Shown one piece after another: positions 61,721 through 64,000 of a DNA stretch of 64,000 nt. A program made the translations under genes and the position numbers. Each line of letters starts with the position of its first letter. Position 1 is the first letter of the stretch. The stretch lies in contig OX597821.1 of the NCBI GenBank assembly GCA_951406725.2, positions 78,864,001-78,928,000 of the forward strand, written 5' to 3'. The notes under the pieces were generated by a model. That model was not told where the DNA came from and made no database searches. It worked only from the letters and a program-made list of their open reading frames with translations. This DNA comes from Octopus vulgaris (lineage: Eukaryota).

Positions 61721-64000
61721 CCTGATCTTCTCTTTCATGCTTTCATGCTGAATACCAGAGCCTTCATTTATCCCTAAATATTTGTATGTTTGTTCTTGCT
61801 CAAGCTCTCTTATGACTGTGTCAACATCTAACACGACTGAATTTGTGGTCTTCACTTTCCCTTTCTGGGAAGTGGCCTTGGCACACTTCTCAAGTCCAAA
61901 CTCCATCCCGATGTCATCGCTGAATGCTTTCACGGTGCGCAATAGGCCTTCAAGTTCATTATTGTCTTTACCATAAAGTTTTAAGTCATCCATATAAAAT
62001 AGATGGCTTATTTTTTTATTGGCAATTTTATACCCATACCCTGTTCTGTTTAATTCACTTGTAAGGGGTATTAGGGCTATGCAGAATATTAAAGGTGAAA
62101 GTGAGTCACCTTGAAAAATTCCACAGTTGATGTTTATATTTTCTGAGGCAAGTACTCCATTAGAGTGGTATAATTGGAGATTCGTATTCCACAACGACAT
62201 ATTGTGCTTGAGGAAGTTTGAAATCACAGAGGAAATTTTGAAGATGTCCAGCGATCTCAAGATCTATGGATGCGGTATACTGTCGGAGGCCTTTTTATAG
62301 TCAATCCATGCGGTGCTGAGATTTCTGCGCTTGTTGTGACAGTTCTCAAGGATCATACAATTGATTAGCAGTTGATCTTTGCATCCGTAAGAGCCTCGGC
62401 GGCACCCTTTTTGTTCGATGGGGAAAATATCGTTCTTCTCCATGAATGCATATGTTTTCTCCGCCAGGATAGATGTTAGGATTTTATACGTGGTGGATAG
62501 ACAGGTTATAGGCCGATAGTTTTTTGGAAGGTTGGTTTCGTTATTCTTTGGGAGTAGGTAAGTAATGCCACTTGCTAACCATTCTGGTGTTTTCTTTAGG
62601 TCTCTCATAATTCCATTGAGCAGCTGAACTAGCTTACCGTGTGCGCATGGGAGCGATGCGAGCCAGAAATTCGGCACCCTATCTTTACCGAGGGATTTCC
62701 AATTATGGGCCTTCGTGAGTGCCTTTCTTAGGTCTGCTATTGTGATGTCTTCCCATGCTTGTTGTTGTAAATTTTGGTAGGATCCTTCAGTTTGTATAAT
62801 CCAGTCTGCATTTATGTTGTACGTCTTCTTGTCACTCCAAATCCTTTTCCAAAAGTTTTGAACTTCTTCCATGGGAGGGGGATCTTTAACGGTTACTTTC
62901 TCCTTCCCTATTTCTCTGTAGAATTTTTTGGCATGGATGTGAACTGCTTATTTTGCTTGTAAAACTTGTTTCTCTTCTCAAATCTTCGTATTCTTTGGGC
63001 TTTTGCTTGGACTTTTTGTTTCAGCGTTTCTTTTATTGATATCAGTTCTTCTCTTGGTGAGGATCCACATTTTCTCTTCATCTTTCTTCCTGTTCTGGAT
63101 CTTACATCATTTCCACATATTAGTTCATTTAATATTGATATTTCCCCTCTCATAAATTCAATCTCTTTTTCAATTTTACTTCTCCAGGTTTGATTTCTTC
63201 CCAGGTTTTGTTTTCTTTGTTTTTTCGGGGGCATACAGCTGGTTTCAATTGCCCTAGCAGAAGCGTAAATAATTTCATTTAACTCAGTAAAATCAGGTTT
63301 TAATTCTCGTATTATTTCATTTGTTACATAGTTGCCAATTTGGATTTGTTTTTTACTTTGGTTTGTATTTGAGAGTTTATGAAGTGGTTCTCTATCATTC
63401 ATACTTATATGTCTTACAACTTCAAGCGTATTCAGGATTTTCTGCCTCATTTCTGCAATAGACTCTCTGTGTTCTTCAGCAAATGCGAGATCTTCAGTTA
63501 CTGTTGTTTTTTCGTTTTCCTGGCTATCTTTAACAGGTACAATAGAATTTCTTGTATCTTCAGGCCTTTGCGTACTTTGGTCAGATGGCAGTCTTTCAAT
63601 TAAGCCTCGTGGCGGGCTATGCTGTTCATCTGATTCTTCATTTCCTTTGTGTCTTATATTTTATGTCATTTTCCGTTGCGTGCTTGATCGCGTTTATTTC
63701 ACTGTCTGTGAGTCTGTTATTTCTAAGGATATCCCTCCTCACATTTGCTAATTTGTTCTCGTCCAAATAGGGCCTACTGTCTTGATTCCGTGTTCTCCAT
63801 ATACTGTAAGAGTTTGCGGTGTGTCTCTCTTGAGATGGCCTACCTAATGCATAGTAATAAGCGTATATTACTTCTTTATACTCTTCTCGGGTCCATTTGT
63901 TCCGCTTACATTTTTCTTTCTGTGGTTGTGGTGGTGAACTTGGAGGGCTCGAGTTGGAGGATTTCCCGTTCAAGTGACCATCCATGTCCGTATTCGGAGA
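61718..64000 (-). mobile_element. R4/Dong-clade LINE, N-terminal and RT region, frameshifted and 3'-truncated
   Basis: WTREEY..YY, LANVRR, AKAQRIRRF, NWKS.GKD, NYRPITCL, EQKG, GIFQGDSLSPLIF, LFYMDDLKLY, YKYLG. Confidence 0.9.

Overview
AT-rich, microsatellite-dense eukaryotic DNA. The repeat families and gene style suggest an Octopus/coleoid cephalopod genome (inference). One host gene runs on the + strand: a multi-exon adhesion GPCR with a Ly6/uPAR-like Cys domain, HRM, GAIN/GPS and TM1. Its exons span about 35.3-59.5 kb, with possible 5' exons at about 7.8 kb and 21.05 kb, and it continues beyond the window. It has an in-frame TGA at the conserved GPS Trp and a possible frameshift, so it may be a pseudogene. 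The introns are filled with mobile DNA: a nearly intact two-ORF Tx1/L1-clade LINE, R4/Dong, RTE and CR1 LINE fragments, two decayed Penelope-like elements (PLEs), a decayed Gypsy LTR element, mariner relics, non-autonomous Helitrons, tRNA-SINEs and a ~1 kb foldback element. The most notable signal is a set of type I hammerhead ribozyme (HHR) motifs from at least five unrelated non-coding repeat families. These include ~350-nt and ~583-nt retrozyme-like monomers with PLE-type tandem-plus-inverted architecture inserted in (TA)n, and one was itself hit by a Tx1 LINE. All calls were made by eye; no searches or folding programs were run.
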